This document shows, one piece after another, positions 44,531 through 55,904 of a stretch of 64,000 bases of DNA; the stretch's first letter is position 1, and each line of letters begins with the position of its first letter. Made by a program: the position numbers and the translations under genes. Below the pieces are notes generated by a model. It was given only the letters and a program-made list of their open reading frames with translations, was not told the DNA's origin and did no database searches. This DNA comes from Minisyncoccota bacterium (GTDB taxonomy: Bacteria > Patescibacteriota > Minisyncoccia > UBA6257 > XYB1-36-10), in contig JBAZJH010000001.1 of NCBI GenBank assembly GCA_041651415.1, forward strand, positions 87,713 through 151,712. Reading direction: 5' to 3'.

Positions 44531-45589
44531 ATGGAAAATGTTTTATGGTGGGTTTTGGGAGGAGCTTTCGTCGTCTTGGCTTTTCTATGGTGGAAATTAT
44601 GGAAAAGGATAGATAAAGGCGCAAATGAGGGGGAAAAAGGCCAAGGAGAGGGGTTTTTGATGATGCAGGGGCAACTGAAAGACATCAGTAGGATTTTGGA
44701 CGAGCGGATGAAACAAACTTCGGAAGTGATTGAGGGGCAGTTTGGGAAAAGCGCTTCTATTATAAGAGATGTCACGGAGCGTCTGACTAAGCTTGATGAA
44801 ACGAACCGCCAGGTGGTGGGTTTTGCCGACCAGTTAAAAAGCTTTGAAAATATTTTAAAGAATCCGAAGCAGAGAGGAATTTTAGGAGAATATATGCTTG
44901 AGACGGTTTTAAAAAACATTTTGCCGCCGGCGGCTTATGAGTTGCAATATAAATTTCAAGATGGAGAAATTGTGGACGCGGCGATTTTCACTAAAGAAGG
45001 AATTGTGCCGGTGGACTCCAAATTTTCTTTGGAAAATTATAATAAAATAGTGGAAGAAAAAGACGAAACGAAAAAAGAAGAACTGGAAAAGATATTTAAG
45101 GCGGATTTGAAAAGAAGAATAGACGAAACTTCCAAATATATCCGGCCGAAAGAAAACACGACTGATTTCGCTTTTATGTTTATACCGGCGGAGGGGATTT
45201 ATTACGATTTGCTTGTTAATCAAGTGGGAGCGATAAAAGTGAACACAAGAGATTTGATTGAATATGCTTTTCGCGAGAGGCGGGTGATAATTGTTTCGCC
45301 GACGACTTTTTATGCCTATCTCCAAACGATTATGCAGGGACTAAGGGCTTTAAAAATAGAAGAATCGGCGAAAGAAATCAGAAAGCGGGTGGAGGATTTG
45401 GGAAAACATCTCGGAGCGTATGAGAGTTATTTTAAAAAAGTGGGAAATAATTTATCAATGACAGTGAATAGTTATAATTCGGCTTATAAGGAACTGGGAA
45501 AAATAGACAAAGATGTCATTAAAATAAGCGGGAGTTCATCCGGGGTGGAAGTCGAAATGTTAGACAGGCCGAAAAGCGAGGAAGAATAG
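44531..45589 (+). CDS. rmuC: DNA recombination protein RmuC.
   Basis: 352 aa with an N-terminal TM helix and a coiled coil. The C-terminal region (…FAFMFIPAEGIYYDLL…VIIVSPTTFYAYLQTI…) resembles the RmuC nuclease-like core. Confidence 0.7.
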   Translation: MENVLWWVLGGAFVVLAFLWWKLWKRIDKGANEGEKGQGEGFLMMQGQLKDISRILDERMKQTSEVIEGQFGKSASIIRDVTERLTKLDETNRQVVGFADQLKSFENILKNPKQRGILGEYMLETVLKNILPPAAYELQYKFQDGEIVDAAIFTKEGIVPVDSKFSLENYNKIVEEKDETKKEELEKIFKADLKRRIDETSKYIRPKENTTDFAFMFIPAEGIYYDLLVNQVGAIKVNTRDLIEYAFRERRVIIVSPTTFYAYLQTIMQGLRALKIEESAKEIRKRVEDLGKHLGAYESYFKKVGNNLSMTVNSYNSAYKELGKIDKDVIKISGSSSGVEVEMLDRPKSEEE

Positions 45590-45634
45590 AAAAAGTTAAA
45601 AGTTAAAAAGTCAATAAAGTTTATAAAGTAAATA

Positions 45635-46291
45635 ATGGAAAGCGTTTTAGAAGAAAGAAAAAGGGATGTGTTGCGGGATAAAAAGTGGCTGAAGTTTTTA
45701 AGGCAGGCGAAATGGTTTCGGCACCTTCCCTTTATAGAGCTTGTTTTTGGGACTGGTTCTATGGCGGTCGGAAACATTAAAAAAGATTCCGATTTTGACG
45801 TTTTAATCAGAACAAGAGTCGGCCGGATTTTTACCGCCAGATTTTTCAGCAAAACTTTATTTGGAATTTTGGGATTAAGCCGAAAACCAAGGCACGGAAG
45901 AAGCGAACAGAAAGATAAAATCTGTTTGAGTCATTTTTTTACAACGGAGGTGAAAGACCCGGGATTGCCTTATGACGAAGAGCGAGCAGTTTTGCATCTT
46001 TATTTGGTTCCGCTTTTCGGACCGAAAGAAGAAATGAAAAATTTTTTTGCCGGATTGGAGAAAGTGGAAAAGAAAAGAAATTATGAAGAAGATTTAAGGC
46101 ATTTTGCGGAAGAAGGAAGTTTTATAAAAAAATGGGGAGAAAAAATTTTAGAAGGAAAAATGGGCGATAAAATTGAAAAGTTTTTGAGGTGGGTGCAAAT
46201 AAGGAAAATCGAAAGGAAAATGAAAGGAATTGAGATTTCCGAAACCGGCATCGCGCGATATACCGACCAAGAAATAAAGTTTCATTACTAA
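45635..46291 (+). CDS. Nucleotidyltransferase-fold protein (Pol-beta superfamily).
   Basis: FGTGSMAVGNIKKDSDFDVLI fits the hG[GS]x9-13Dh[DE]h motif. Confidence 0.55.
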   Translation: MESVLEERKRDVLRDKKWLKFLRQAKWFRHLPFIELVFGTGSMAVGNIKKDSDFDVLIRTRVGRIFTARFFSKTLFGILGLSRKPRHGRSEQKDKICLSHFFTTEVKDPGLPYDEERAVLHLYLVPLFGPKEEMKNFFAGLEKVEKKRNYEEDLRHFAEEGSFIKKWGEKILEGKMGDKIEKFLRWVQIRKIERKMKGIEISETGIARYTDQEIKFHY

Positions 46292-46379
46292 TTGACGGGA
46301 AAATGAAATAAGTTTATAATAGGCGGTGTATTTAAAGTACTCAACGAGGTCGTCTATAAAGTAAAATTAATTTAAAAAA

Positions 46380-46667
46380 ATGATAAAACCACTTTTTAAT
46401 AAGGTTCTGATAGCGCCGGAAAGCTTGGAGAAAAAAACCGAGTCCGGCATTGTGCTTCCCGATACGGCGAAGGAAGAAAATTTAATAAAAGGAAAAATTG
46501 TAGCGGTCGGTTCGGGCAAGAAAAACGAGAAAGGAGATATTATCTCTATGTCGGTAAAAGAAGGAGATCTAGTGCTTTTTAGAAAAGGATATTCGGCCGA
46601 TGAAATTGAGATAGAAGGAAAGAAACATTATTTAATAAGCGAAGACGAGATCTTGGGGATTTTATAA
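46380..46667 (+). CDS. groES: Co-chaperonin GroES.
   Basis: 95 aa. IKPLFNKVLI…ESGIVLPDTAKE…GKIVAVG is canonical GroES. Confidence 0.95.
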   Translation: MIKPLFNKVLIAPESLEKKTESGIVLPDTAKEENLIKGKIVAVGSGKKNEKGDIISMSVKEGDLVLFRKGYSADEIEIEGKKHYLISEDEILGIL

Positions 46668-46687
46668 TTAAGACAAGAAAAAAATAA

Positions 46688-48334
<1,647 letters not shown>

Positions 48335-48595
48335 ATAGAAAATAAAGTTTTAAATTAAATTAAAAGGCTTCGGTTAAAATCCGGAGTTTTTTATAAATTA
48401 AAAAACTCCGGTGAGGACGGAGTTCTGTGTGGCCCAAAAGGGCGCTGTTGTACAAAAAGGAGAAAAGCAAAGGAATACCTCACAAGAAGCGGAAGAAAGG
48501 GAAAAAAGACGCTTCTTATTCCTTTTCTAGAAGAAAAAAGAGGAACTTCTTTTAGTTTATTTTTTTTGTAGTTTTTTGTCAATGACCTCTGCTTT

Positions 48596-48645
48596 CATTC
48601 CAACATTCCTGCCTACCAGCAGGCAGGCTTAAGAATGTTGGAATG
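48596..48645. repeat. Family C palindrome copy C3, with an inserted inner hairpin (CATTCCAACATTC-ctgcctaccagcaggcagg-cttaaGAATGTTGGAATG).
   Basis: The outer arms match family C. The inner 7-bp stem is extra. Confidence 0.5.
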
Positions 48646-48696
48646 AAGATTTTAGAAGAAAAAAGCCCCGATTTTGTTCGGGGCGAGAGAAATGTT

Positions 48697-49143
48697 TTAA
48701 AGAATTGAAGTAATTTTTTTCTCCCCGTGAAGAGAATTTTCGTCTGTTATGATTAGAATTTTATCTGATTCTCTTGGAGTTTTCCAAACAAAACCGGGAG
48801 AAATTTCCGGAACTTTACAAAGAAATTTAATCCCATCCTTCTCTAAAACAATAGCCAGACAAGAAAGAGCTTTAAGAGGTATTAGATCTCCGTTAATTTC
48901 ATACTCTCCGTCTTTCAAGTCTTCCAATTTATAAATAAAATCATTCATTTTTCTTTCAAATCTAATGGAGAAGATTTGAGTGGATTTGAAGAAAAGAAAA
49001 ATTAACGGAATAAAGATAAACCAAGGCTCTTTCCTGAAAATAAGCATCAAAATCGCTGAGAAGACGATTAATAAAAACAGAAAAAAAATGAAAAAGATGT
49101 TGGTTTTGGGCATTGTTTTGCCCTCCTTTTTTATTTTTTGCAA
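48697..49143 (-). CDS. Hypothetical membrane-anchored protein.
   Basis: 148 aa with N-terminal TM helices. A downstream terminator hairpin (gccccgaacaaaatcggggc + T-run) is present. Confidence 0.45.
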   Translation of the reverse strand: MQKIKKEGKTMPKTNIFFIFFLFLLIVFSAILMLIFRKEPWFIFIPLIFLFFKSTQIFSIRFERKMNDFIYKLEDLKDGEYEINGDLIPLKALSCLAIVLEKDGIKFLCKVPEISPGFVWKTPRESDKILIITDENSLHGEKKITSIL

Positions 49144-49158
49144 ATGGAGCTTTTGATA

Positions 49159-50415
49159 TTATACATTCTTTCTGGTTTTTTTCAAGCTGTTATATCGAGC
49201 GAGCCATTTTTCTTTGAACTCTTTAAAGTTGCCGGCTAAAATGGATTGCCTTATCTTTTCCATCAGACTTTGGAACCAGAAGATATTATGAAGAGTCAGG
49301 AGTCTTACGGCTTCACTTTTTTCTTTTTGGGAATTAGATTTGAGCATTTTTTTCAGGTCTTTTTTTGTTTTAGAAAGACAAGCGGGACAAGGGCAATTTT
49401 TTTCAATAGGATTTTTATCGCCTGGTTTTTCTCCTTTATGCAAATCTATTCTTCCAAGCGAGGTATAAACCGAGCCGTGGCGGGCTTCGCGAGTCGGAAT
49501 AACACAATCAAAAGTGTCCAGTCCTTTTTCTACTCCGGAAAAAATATCTTCGGGTTTGCCTATGCCGAGAAGATGGCGGGGAAGTTCCGGATACTTATTT
49601 AAAATCGGAGAAAGCCAGCCGAGAATTTTTTTCATATCCTTTTTGTTTTTGCCGAGCGGTCCGCCGACAGCGATTCCTTTAAAAGGGAGGTTAGAAATAA
49701 ATTTGGCGGATTTTTCTCTTAAATCTTTAAATTCTCCGCCTTGGATAATGCCGTAGGCGGCTTGCTTGCTTTTTTTAAACTTCAAAAAATCTTTTGCCCA
49801 AGCGTGCGTTCGTTTCAAGGATTTTTTCGTGTAAGCGTAGGAATGAAAAGGAGAGGTGCATTCGTCAAAAGCGAGAATAATGTCGGCGCCGATTTTTTCC
49901 TGAATTTTGACGGATTCTTTCGGTCCTAAAAATTTTCTTTTTCCTTTTTCGTCGGTAAAGAAAGCGCCATCGTCAGTTATCTTAACAAGATTTTGGTCAG
50001 TTTTAACCGGCTGATTTTTTTCAGGAAAAAAACCGATTTTCCCGATGCCGTGTTCGCGGCCGAAGCCGAAACTGAAAACTTGAAATCCGCCGCTGTCGGT
50101 TAGAGTCAAGCCGGAAAAACTCATAAACTTAGCGAGTCCGCCGGCTTTTTTTATCCCGTCTGCTTTTTTAGTGCGAAGTCCCAAATGATAAGTGTTAGCA
50201 ATCAAGGCTTTGACGCTCTTTGAAGATTTTTTATCAAGCATGCGGATTTCGGCGTCGGTGCCGGCAAAAACATAAAGGGGAGTGGGAAATTCGCCGCGGG
50301 CGGTTTTAATAAGCCCGGCGCGGGCATAGCTGTTTTTTACTTTTTTTATTTCTTGGAAGGAAAACATTTTATAAGAACAATAAATAAAATAAAGGAATAA
50401 ATCAATTTTTATCAT
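49159..50415 (-). CDS. tgt: tRNA-guanine transglycosylase (queuine tRNA-ribosyltransferase).
   Basis: …LLGIGKPEDIFSGVEKGLDTFDCVIPTREARHG… and the Zn site CPCPAC…H. The true start is probably the internal Met MFSFQEIKK at about 50367. Confidence 0.85.
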   Translation of the reverse strand: MIKIDLFLYFIYCSYKMFSFQEIKKVKNSYARAGLIKTARGEFPTPLYVFAGTDAEIRMLDKKSSKSVKALIANTYHLGLRTKKADGIKKAGGLAKFMSFSGLTLTDSGGFQVFSFGFGREHGIGKIGFFPEKNQPVKTDQNLVKITDDGAFFTDEKGKRKFLGPKESVKIQEKIGADIILAFDECTSPFHSYAYTKKSLKRTHAWAKDFLKFKKSKQAAYGIIQGGEFKDLREKSAKFISNLPFKGIAVGGPLGKNKKDMKKILGWLSPILNKYPELPRHLLGIGKPEDIFSGVEKGLDTFDCVIPTREARHGSVYTSLGRIDLHKGEKPGDKNPIEKNCPCPACLSKTKKDLKKMLKSNSQKEKSEAVRLLTLHNIFWFQSLMEKIRQSILAGNFKEFKEKWLARYNSLKKTRKNV

Positions 50416-50442
50416 TCCAACATTCTCAAGAATATTGGAATG
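50414..50442. repeat. Family C palindrome copy C4 (CATTCCAACATTCTCAAGAATATTGGAATG).
   Basis: Overlaps the annotated tgt start region and lies in a divergent intergenic region. Confidence 0.55.
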
Positions 50443-50544
50443 AGATTTTGGCAGTTTTTGATTTTTTAGCGACGACTATTGACTTTTTATTTAGGAGTGG
50501 TATAATAGAACATAGAATAAAAAAACTAAAAAAGGAGATGGAAG

Positions 50545-50811
50545 ATGCTGAGAATAGTGCCTCCGAATCAAAAGTATGCAAAAGGTTTTTTGTTTTATAC
50601 CCCCAAAGAATGGGGTATAAATCGTGATGAGTTGCAGAAAATTCATTCGGATGTTTTTAAAGGTGCGCATCCCTTGAAGATTGAAGAGTTAAATTTGTTT
50701 CTTTTAATGGAGAGTTATATGTCTATCTCTCCGGAAGATTTGGGGAATTTGGTTTTAAAAATATTCAAGGAGAAGGAGAAGAAAGATGTTGATAAAAAAA
50801 GCTCATCTTAA
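50545..50811 (+). CDS. Hypothetical protein.
   Basis: 88 aa with a GGAG SD. Confidence 0.4.
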   Translation: MLRIVPPNQKYAKGFLFYTPKEWGINRDELQKIHSDVFKGAHPLKIEELNLFLLMESYMSISPEDLGNLVLKIFKEKEKKDVDKKSSS

Positions 50812-50968
50812 TTATTTTTCGGAGCCAGTTTTGCTGAAAAGAGCAGGTGGCTTCGGATTGGTAGTTTTTGCTTCTTTTCTTTTTGGATGCCTGCCGCTTG
50901 GCGGGCCGTATAGCATAACCATCGGTATGGTTGTTGCGGCGGCGGGTTTGTCTTTGATAACCTGCTAA
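50786..50968 (+). CDS. Hypothetical small membrane protein.
   Basis: 60 aa, hydrophobic. It overlaps the previous ORF. Confidence 0.25.
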   Translation: MLIKKAHLNYFSEPVLLKRAGGFGLVVFASFLFGCLPLGGPYSITIGMVVAAAGLSLITC

Positions 50969-51084
50969 TCTCTTTTTTTCTTTTGATTCAAATCCCCCTT
51001 GTTTTATAGGGGGTTTTTATTTTGACATAAGAGGAGCAGTTTTCTATAATAAACTCATTATAAATAAACACTACTTTTAAGTTT

Positions 51085-51636
51085 ATGAGCTTTTTTTATC
51101 TTTTTCTTTTTCTTTTAGCCATTGTTATTATTTGGCTAGTTTTTACTTTTAACAGATTAGTGGTTTTGAGAATGAGAGCGAGAGAGGCCTTATCGGACGT
51201 GGATGTCCAATTAAAGAGGCGTTTTGATTTAATTCCCAATTTAGTCGAGACAGTGAAAGGATATATGGAGCATGAAAGAGAAACGTTGACGAAAGTGACG
51301 GAAGCGAGAAGTCAGGTGGCAGGAGGGGGAAATGCGCTTGAAAGAGACAAAGCGGAAAATGCTCTTTCAAACACTTTAAAAACATTATTTGCGGTGGCGG
51401 AAGGGTATCCGGATTTGAAAGCTAACGCCAATTTTTTGGATTTACAGAGAGAGCTGGCGGACACGGAAAATAAAATTCAAGCGTCGCGCCGTTTTTACAA
51501 CACGACAACCATGGAATTAAACACCAAGATTGAAACTTTTCCGACTAATCTGTTGGCAGGAACGCTGGGATTCAAAAAATTGGAATTTTTCGCGGCGGAA
51601 GAGGGAGAACGGGAAAATATCAAAGTGTCTTTTTAA
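51085..51636 (+). CDS. lemA: LemA family protein.
   Basis: 183 aa with an N-terminal TM helix. …FNRLVVLRMRAREALSDVDVQLKRRFDLIPNLVETVKGY… is the LemA core. Confidence 0.8.
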   Translation: MSFFYLFLFLLAIVIIWLVFTFNRLVVLRMRAREALSDVDVQLKRRFDLIPNLVETVKGYMEHERETLTKVTEARSQVAGGGNALERDKAENALSNTLKTLFAVAEGYPDLKANANFLDLQRELADTENKIQASRRFYNTTTMELNTKIETFPTNLLAGTLGFKKLEFFAAEEGERENIKVSF

Positions 51637-51654
51637 AAATTAATAAAAAAATAA

Positions 51655-52116
51655 ATGTCAACTTATTATTTATCAGAAGAAAGAATAGCGGAGTTGCAGG
51701 AAGAGCTTAAGGATTTAACAACCAATAAAAGGATGGAAATCGCGGAAAAACTGAAGAGAGCGAAAGAGTTTGGGGATCTGTCGGAAAATTCCGAATACAA
51801 CGAAGCGAAAGACGAACAGGCGAGACTGGAGCGAAGGATTATGGAAGTGGAAGACGTTTTGAAAAATTCAGAACTGATAAAAAAATCAGCTAAAGGAGAG
51901 GCAGTGGAAATCGGCTCAACGGTGACGGTGGAGAAAAACGAAAAAGAAAAAATAACTTATACTATCGTGGGGTCGCAGGAAGCCAATCCGGATGAAGGGA
52001 AAATATCCAACGAATCACTCGTGGGTGGAGCGCTTTTGGGAAAAGCGGCAGGAGAAACAGTGAGAGTAAAAACTTTGAGCGGAGAAAATTCTTATAAAAT
52101 AATTTCCATTGAATAA
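51655..52116 (+). CDS. greA: Transcription elongation factor GreA.
   Basis: 153 aa. GDLSENSEYNEAKDEQA is the GreA hallmark (GDLSENAEY). Confidence 0.9.
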   Translation: MSTYYLSEERIAELQEELKDLTTNKRMEIAEKLKRAKEFGDLSENSEYNEAKDEQARLERRIMEVEDVLKNSELIKKSAKGEAVEIGSTVTVEKNEKEKITYTIVGSQEANPDEGKISNESLVGGALLGKAAGETVRVKTLSGENSYKIISIE

Positions 52117-53568
52117 ATGATTGAGGAAATAATAAAAGAAAGAAAAAAAAAGATTGAAAAGATAAGAAAGGCGGGAATCGAGCCATATCCCGCAGAAGTG
52201 GAAAAAGCCGATGCTATCGGGGAGGTTTTGAATAATTTTTCCAAACTGGAAAAAGGAAAGAAAAAAGTATCTTTTTCCGGAAGAATAAGAGGTTTAAGAA
52301 ATCAGGGAAAGATAATTTTTTCGGATTTGGAAGATGAAAGCGGACGAATTCAGCTCGTCATAAAAAAAGAAAATCTGGAAGATTTTGATTTATGGGTTGA
52401 CGTTATAGACACAGGCGATTTTCTGGAAGCGGAAGGAAATCTTTTTACCACAAAAAGAGGGGAGAAGAGTTTGGAAGTGAAAAAAATGAGAATACTCTCA
52501 AAATCTTTAAGAGCTTTGCCGAGCGATTATTATGGAATAGGAGACACGGAAACTCGGCTTCGCAAGAGATATTTAGACCTTGTTTTAAATAAAGAAACAA
52601 AGGAACTTTTTTTAAAAAAAGCGAAGTTTTGGCAATCTTTCCGCGATTATCTTTTGAAGGAAAATTTTCTGGAAGTAGAAACGCCGATTTTGGAAACTAT
52701 GCCGGGAGGAGCGGATGCCGAGCCGTTTAAAACCTATTACAACGCCTTAGGAGAAGATTTTTATTTGAGAATATCTTTGGAAATCGCTTTAAAAAAATTA
52801 TTAGTCGGCGGATTTGAAAGAATTTTTGAAATAGGCAGAGTTTTTAGAAATGAAGGAATAGACGCGGAGCATTTGCAGGATTACACTCAGCTGGAATTTT
52901 ATTACGCTTATGCCGATTATAACGATTTAATGAAGATGGTGGAGAAAATGTATAAGTTTGTCATAAAAGAAACTTTCGGGAAAATGGTTTTTGAACAAGA
53001 CGGAAAAAAGGCGGATTTTTCAAAAAAATGGGAAGTGATTGATTATTACGAAATTTTTAAAAAGAAATCGGGAATTGATTTAAAAGTTTGCGCAAAAGAA
53101 GATTTATTAAAAAAAGCCAAAGAATTGAAGCTTGAAGGAGTAAAAGGTCTTGGCAAAGGAAGATTGATTGATTTAATTTTCAAGAAAACAGCGCGGCCGG
53201 CAATCATCGGTCCGGCTTTTCTTGTTAATCCGCCGGCAGATATCGAACCTCTAGCTAAAAGGCATAGAAAGGAAAAAGAGCGGGTGGAAAGATTTCAGGT
53301 GATGGCTTTTGGTACCGAGCTTGGCAAGGGATTTTCGGAAGCTAACGACCCAATTGACCAAAGGGAAAGATTTGAAGAGCAGATGAAACTTAGAAAAGGC
53401 GGGGATAAAGAAGCGCAAATGTTAGATGAAGAATTTTTGGAAGCTCTGGAATATGGCATGCCGCCGGCAGCCGGGTTTGGAGTTTCCGAGAGATTATTTT
53501 CAGTTTTATCGGGGAAACCGATAAGAGAATGCGTTTTTTTTCCGGCAATGAGAAAAAATAAGGATTAA
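52117..53568 (+). CDS. lysS: Lysine--tRNA ligase (class II).
   Basis: 483 aa with an OB anticodon-binding N-domain and class II motifs (FLEVETPIL; MPGGADAEPF; …FRNEGIDAEH…; GFGVSERL). Confidence 0.88.
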   Translation: MIEEIIKERKKKIEKIRKAGIEPYPAEVEKADAIGEVLNNFSKLEKGKKKVSFSGRIRGLRNQGKIIFSDLEDESGRIQLVIKKENLEDFDLWVDVIDTGDFLEAEGNLFTTKRGEKSLEVKKMRILSKSLRALPSDYYGIGDTETRLRKRYLDLVLNKETKELFLKKAKFWQSFRDYLLKENFLEVETPILETMPGGADAEPFKTYYNALGEDFYLRISLEIALKKLLVGGFERIFEIGRVFRNEGIDAEHLQDYTQLEFYYAYADYNDLMKMVEKMYKFVIKETFGKMVFEQDGKKADFSKKWEVIDYYEIFKKKSGIDLKVCAKEDLLKKAKELKLEGVKGLGKGRLIDLIFKKTARPAIIGPAFLVNPPADIEPLAKRHRKEKERVERFQVMAFGTELGKGFSEANDPIDQRERFEEQMKLRKGGDKEAQMLDEEFLEALEYGMPPAAGFGVSERLFSVLSGKPIRECVFFPAMRKNKD

Positions 53569-53586
53569 AATTAATTTCTAAAAAAT

Positions 53587-54825
53587 ATGCTTGATATAAA
53601 AATAATAAGAGATGAACCGGAAATGGTGAAAGGAAAAATTTCTTTAAAAGGCGTGAAGGCGGAAGTAATTGATGAATTTTTAGAGGCGGACGAAAAATGG
53701 CGGGAACTTGTTTCTAAAAGAGATGAAGCGAAAGCCAAGCAAAAAATTTTAGGCGAAGAGAAAAAGATAGAAGAAGCGAAAGAGATGAAAACACTCATTC
53801 AGAAGTTTGAGCCGCAAATAGAAGAATTAGCGGAAAAAAGAGCTTTGCTTTTGGAAAAAATTCCTAATTTGCCGGATGACAGCGTGACAGTAGGGAGAGA
53901 CGATTCGGAAAATCCGGTTTTAAAAGAAGTGGGAGAAAAAACTAAATTTGATTTTGAGCCGAAAGATTATATGGAAATAGCCGAAAAGCTTAATTTGATT
54001 GACACAAAACAAGCGGGAAAAATTTCCGGTTCCAGATTCGGATATTTATTCAATGAAGCGGTTTTGTTGGAATTCGGCTTAGTGAGATTAGCTTTTGACA
54101 CTCTTTTAGAAGAAGGATTTATTCCGGTGGTACCGCCCGTGATGATTCGGGAAGAATTTTATCGCGGCATGGGAAGATTAGCCGGGGACCAGAAAGATGA
54201 AAGATATTATTTAAAAAATGACGACTTGTTTTTGGTCGGAAGCGCGGAACACACAATCGGTCCGATACACGCGGATGATACTCTTCTGGAAAAAGATTTG
54301 CCGAGACGGTATGTTGGTTTTTCAACATGTTTTCGAAGAGAAGCCGGGTCGTATGGAAAAGACACTAAAGGAATTTTGAGAGTTCATCAATTTGATAAAG
54401 TGGAAATGTTTTCTTTTTCGCTTCCGGAAAAATCAAAAGAAGAACACAAATTTCTGCTTTCCATGCAGGAAAAACTGGTTCAAAAATTAAAACTTCCTTA
54501 CAGAGTGGTGGAAATTTGCACAGGAGATATGGGTTGGACGGATGCAAAAGCTTATGATGTGGAGACTTGGATGCCAAGCCAAAATAAATACAGGGAAACC
54601 AATTCCTGTTCCAACACGACTGATTTTCAATCAAGGGGAATAAATGCCAGATATAAAAAAGCGGACGGAACGGGAGTGGAATATCTGCACATGCTAAACG
54701 CGACCGGATTCGCTGTCGGCAGGATGATTATCGCCATAATCGAAAACTATCAAACCAAAGAAGGTTTTGTTAAAGTTCCGGAAGTTTTACAGCCCTATGT
54801 CGGAAAAGAAATCATTTCTCGCTAA
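53587..54825 (+). CDS. serS: Serine--tRNA ligase.
   Basis: 412 aa with an N-terminal coiled coil (MLDIKIIRDEPEMVKGKI…) and the class II core (…FRREAGSYGKDTKGILRVHQFDKVE…). Confidence 0.9.
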   Translation: MLDIKIIRDEPEMVKGKISLKGVKAEVIDEFLEADEKWRELVSKRDEAKAKQKILGEEKKIEEAKEMKTLIQKFEPQIEELAEKRALLLEKIPNLPDDSVTVGRDDSENPVLKEVGEKTKFDFEPKDYMEIAEKLNLIDTKQAGKISGSRFGYLFNEAVLLEFGLVRLAFDTLLEEGFIPVVPPVMIREEFYRGMGRLAGDQKDERYYLKNDDLFLVGSAEHTIGPIHADDTLLEKDLPRRYVGFSTCFRREAGSYGKDTKGILRVHQFDKVEMFSFSLPEKSKEEHKFLLSMQEKLVQKLKLPYRVVEICTGDMGWTDAKAYDVETWMPSQNKYRETNSCSNTTDFQSRGINARYKKADGTGVEYLHMLNATGFAVGRMIIAIIENYQTKEGFVKVPEVLQPYVGKEIISR

Positions 54826-54847
54826 AAACGCTGGAAAATTTTAACGG

Positions 54848-55558
54848 ATGCTGAAAATAAATTCGGAGAGGAAAAGAAAGAAGAAAATAGCCATTCTTGT
54901 TCTTATCGCTGTTTTTTTTGTCGGTTTGATTTATGCGGTTTTTTTCACGAATTTTTTTAAAGTGCAGAAAATAAAGGTGGCTGGAAACAAAATAGCTTCG
55001 GAAGAAGAAATTAAAAATGCTTTCGGTTTTTCTTATATTTTTTGGCCGGCGGAAGAAAAAGAACTGCCGATTACGGTTAAAGAAGCGCAGGTGATAAAAA
55101 GTTTTTTCAAAAGAGAGGTTTTGATAGAAATAAAGGAAAGAGAACCGTTCGCTCTATGGTGTTTTCTTAAAGAAGGAATAGAGGATTGCCGTTGGTTTGA
55201 TAAAGAGGGATTCGTTTTTATGGATAGCCCTTTGACTAAAGGAGTTTTTATAAAATCAATCAAAGGGGACAAAGAAGTTGAAATCGGCAATTTTGTAATG
55301 GCGGAGGATTTATTTAAAAATTTAAAAGAAATCTTAAATATATTTGAGCGAAGCGATATTTCCGTTTCGCGGTTTGAAACAGGGGATTTAAAAAATGAAG
55401 AATTGACGGCTTATGTCGGAACTTTGCCGATATTTTTCAGTTTGAGAATCGACCCGAAATTTACCGAAAAAGCGCTGGAAACTCTTAAGACTAAATTTTC
55501 CGGATTGGCTTACATAGACCTGCGTTCGGAAAATAAAGTTTTTTATAAAAATAAATAG
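54848..55558 (+). CDS. FtsQ/DivIB-like POTRA-domain protein.
   Basis: 236 aa with one N-terminal TM helix, then FKVQKIKVAGNKIASEEEIKNAF, a POTRA-like region. It is not in a dcw cluster. Confidence 0.45.
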   Translation: MLKINSERKRKKKIAILVLIAVFFVGLIYAVFFTNFFKVQKIKVAGNKIASEEEIKNAFGFSYIFWPAEEKELPITVKEAQVIKSFFKREVLIEIKEREPFALWCFLKEGIEDCRWFDKEGFVFMDSPLTKGVFIKSIKGDKEVEIGNFVMAEDLFKNLKEILNIFERSDISVSRFETGDLKNEELTAYVGTLPIFFSLRIDPKFTEKALETLKTKFSGLAYIDLRSENKVFYKNK

Positions 55559-55559
55559 C

Positions 55560-55590
55560 CCCCTCGCTGAATTTGCGGGGGGCTATTGAT
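55560..55590. terminator. Bidirectional GC-rich hairpin (tagccccctcgctgaatttgcggggggcta).
   Basis: 8-9-bp GC stem between convergent genes. Confidence 0.5.
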
Positions 55591-55841
55591 TATGCGCAAC
55601 AGCAACTTGTGTCTCTGCTGCGGCACATTCCGCATTGCGTTATGCCGTCTTTATTGATAATGGCTTTCGCTTTGCAGTAATTGCATTGTTGAATATTATT
55701 ACTATGATTTTCTGTTAATTCTTCCTGTAGAAAACGGTGAAGTTTTGAAGCTGTATCTTCTTTGTCATGATAATCAAAATATCCGGGGCTTCGGAGCATT
55801 GCTATAGCATCTTGAATTGCTTTTAAAACATCCTCGTTCAT
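55590..55841 (-). CDS. Small Cys-rich protein (zinc-ribbon-like C-terminus ending in CCCA).
   Basis: 83 aa. The C-terminal 31 residues (…CNYCKAKAIINKDGITQCGMCRSRDTSCCCA) hold 8 of the 9 Cys. Confidence 0.45.
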   Translation of the reverse strand: MNEDVLKAIQDAIAMLRSPGYFDYHDKEDTASKLHRFLQEELTENHSNNIQQCNYCKAKAIINKDGITQCGMCRSRDTSCCCA

Positions 55842-55904
55842 CTTTTTTTCTCCTTTTTCGGTTTTTATGAACTTCTGCTATTTTATATCTTTATTATTTT
55901 TATG

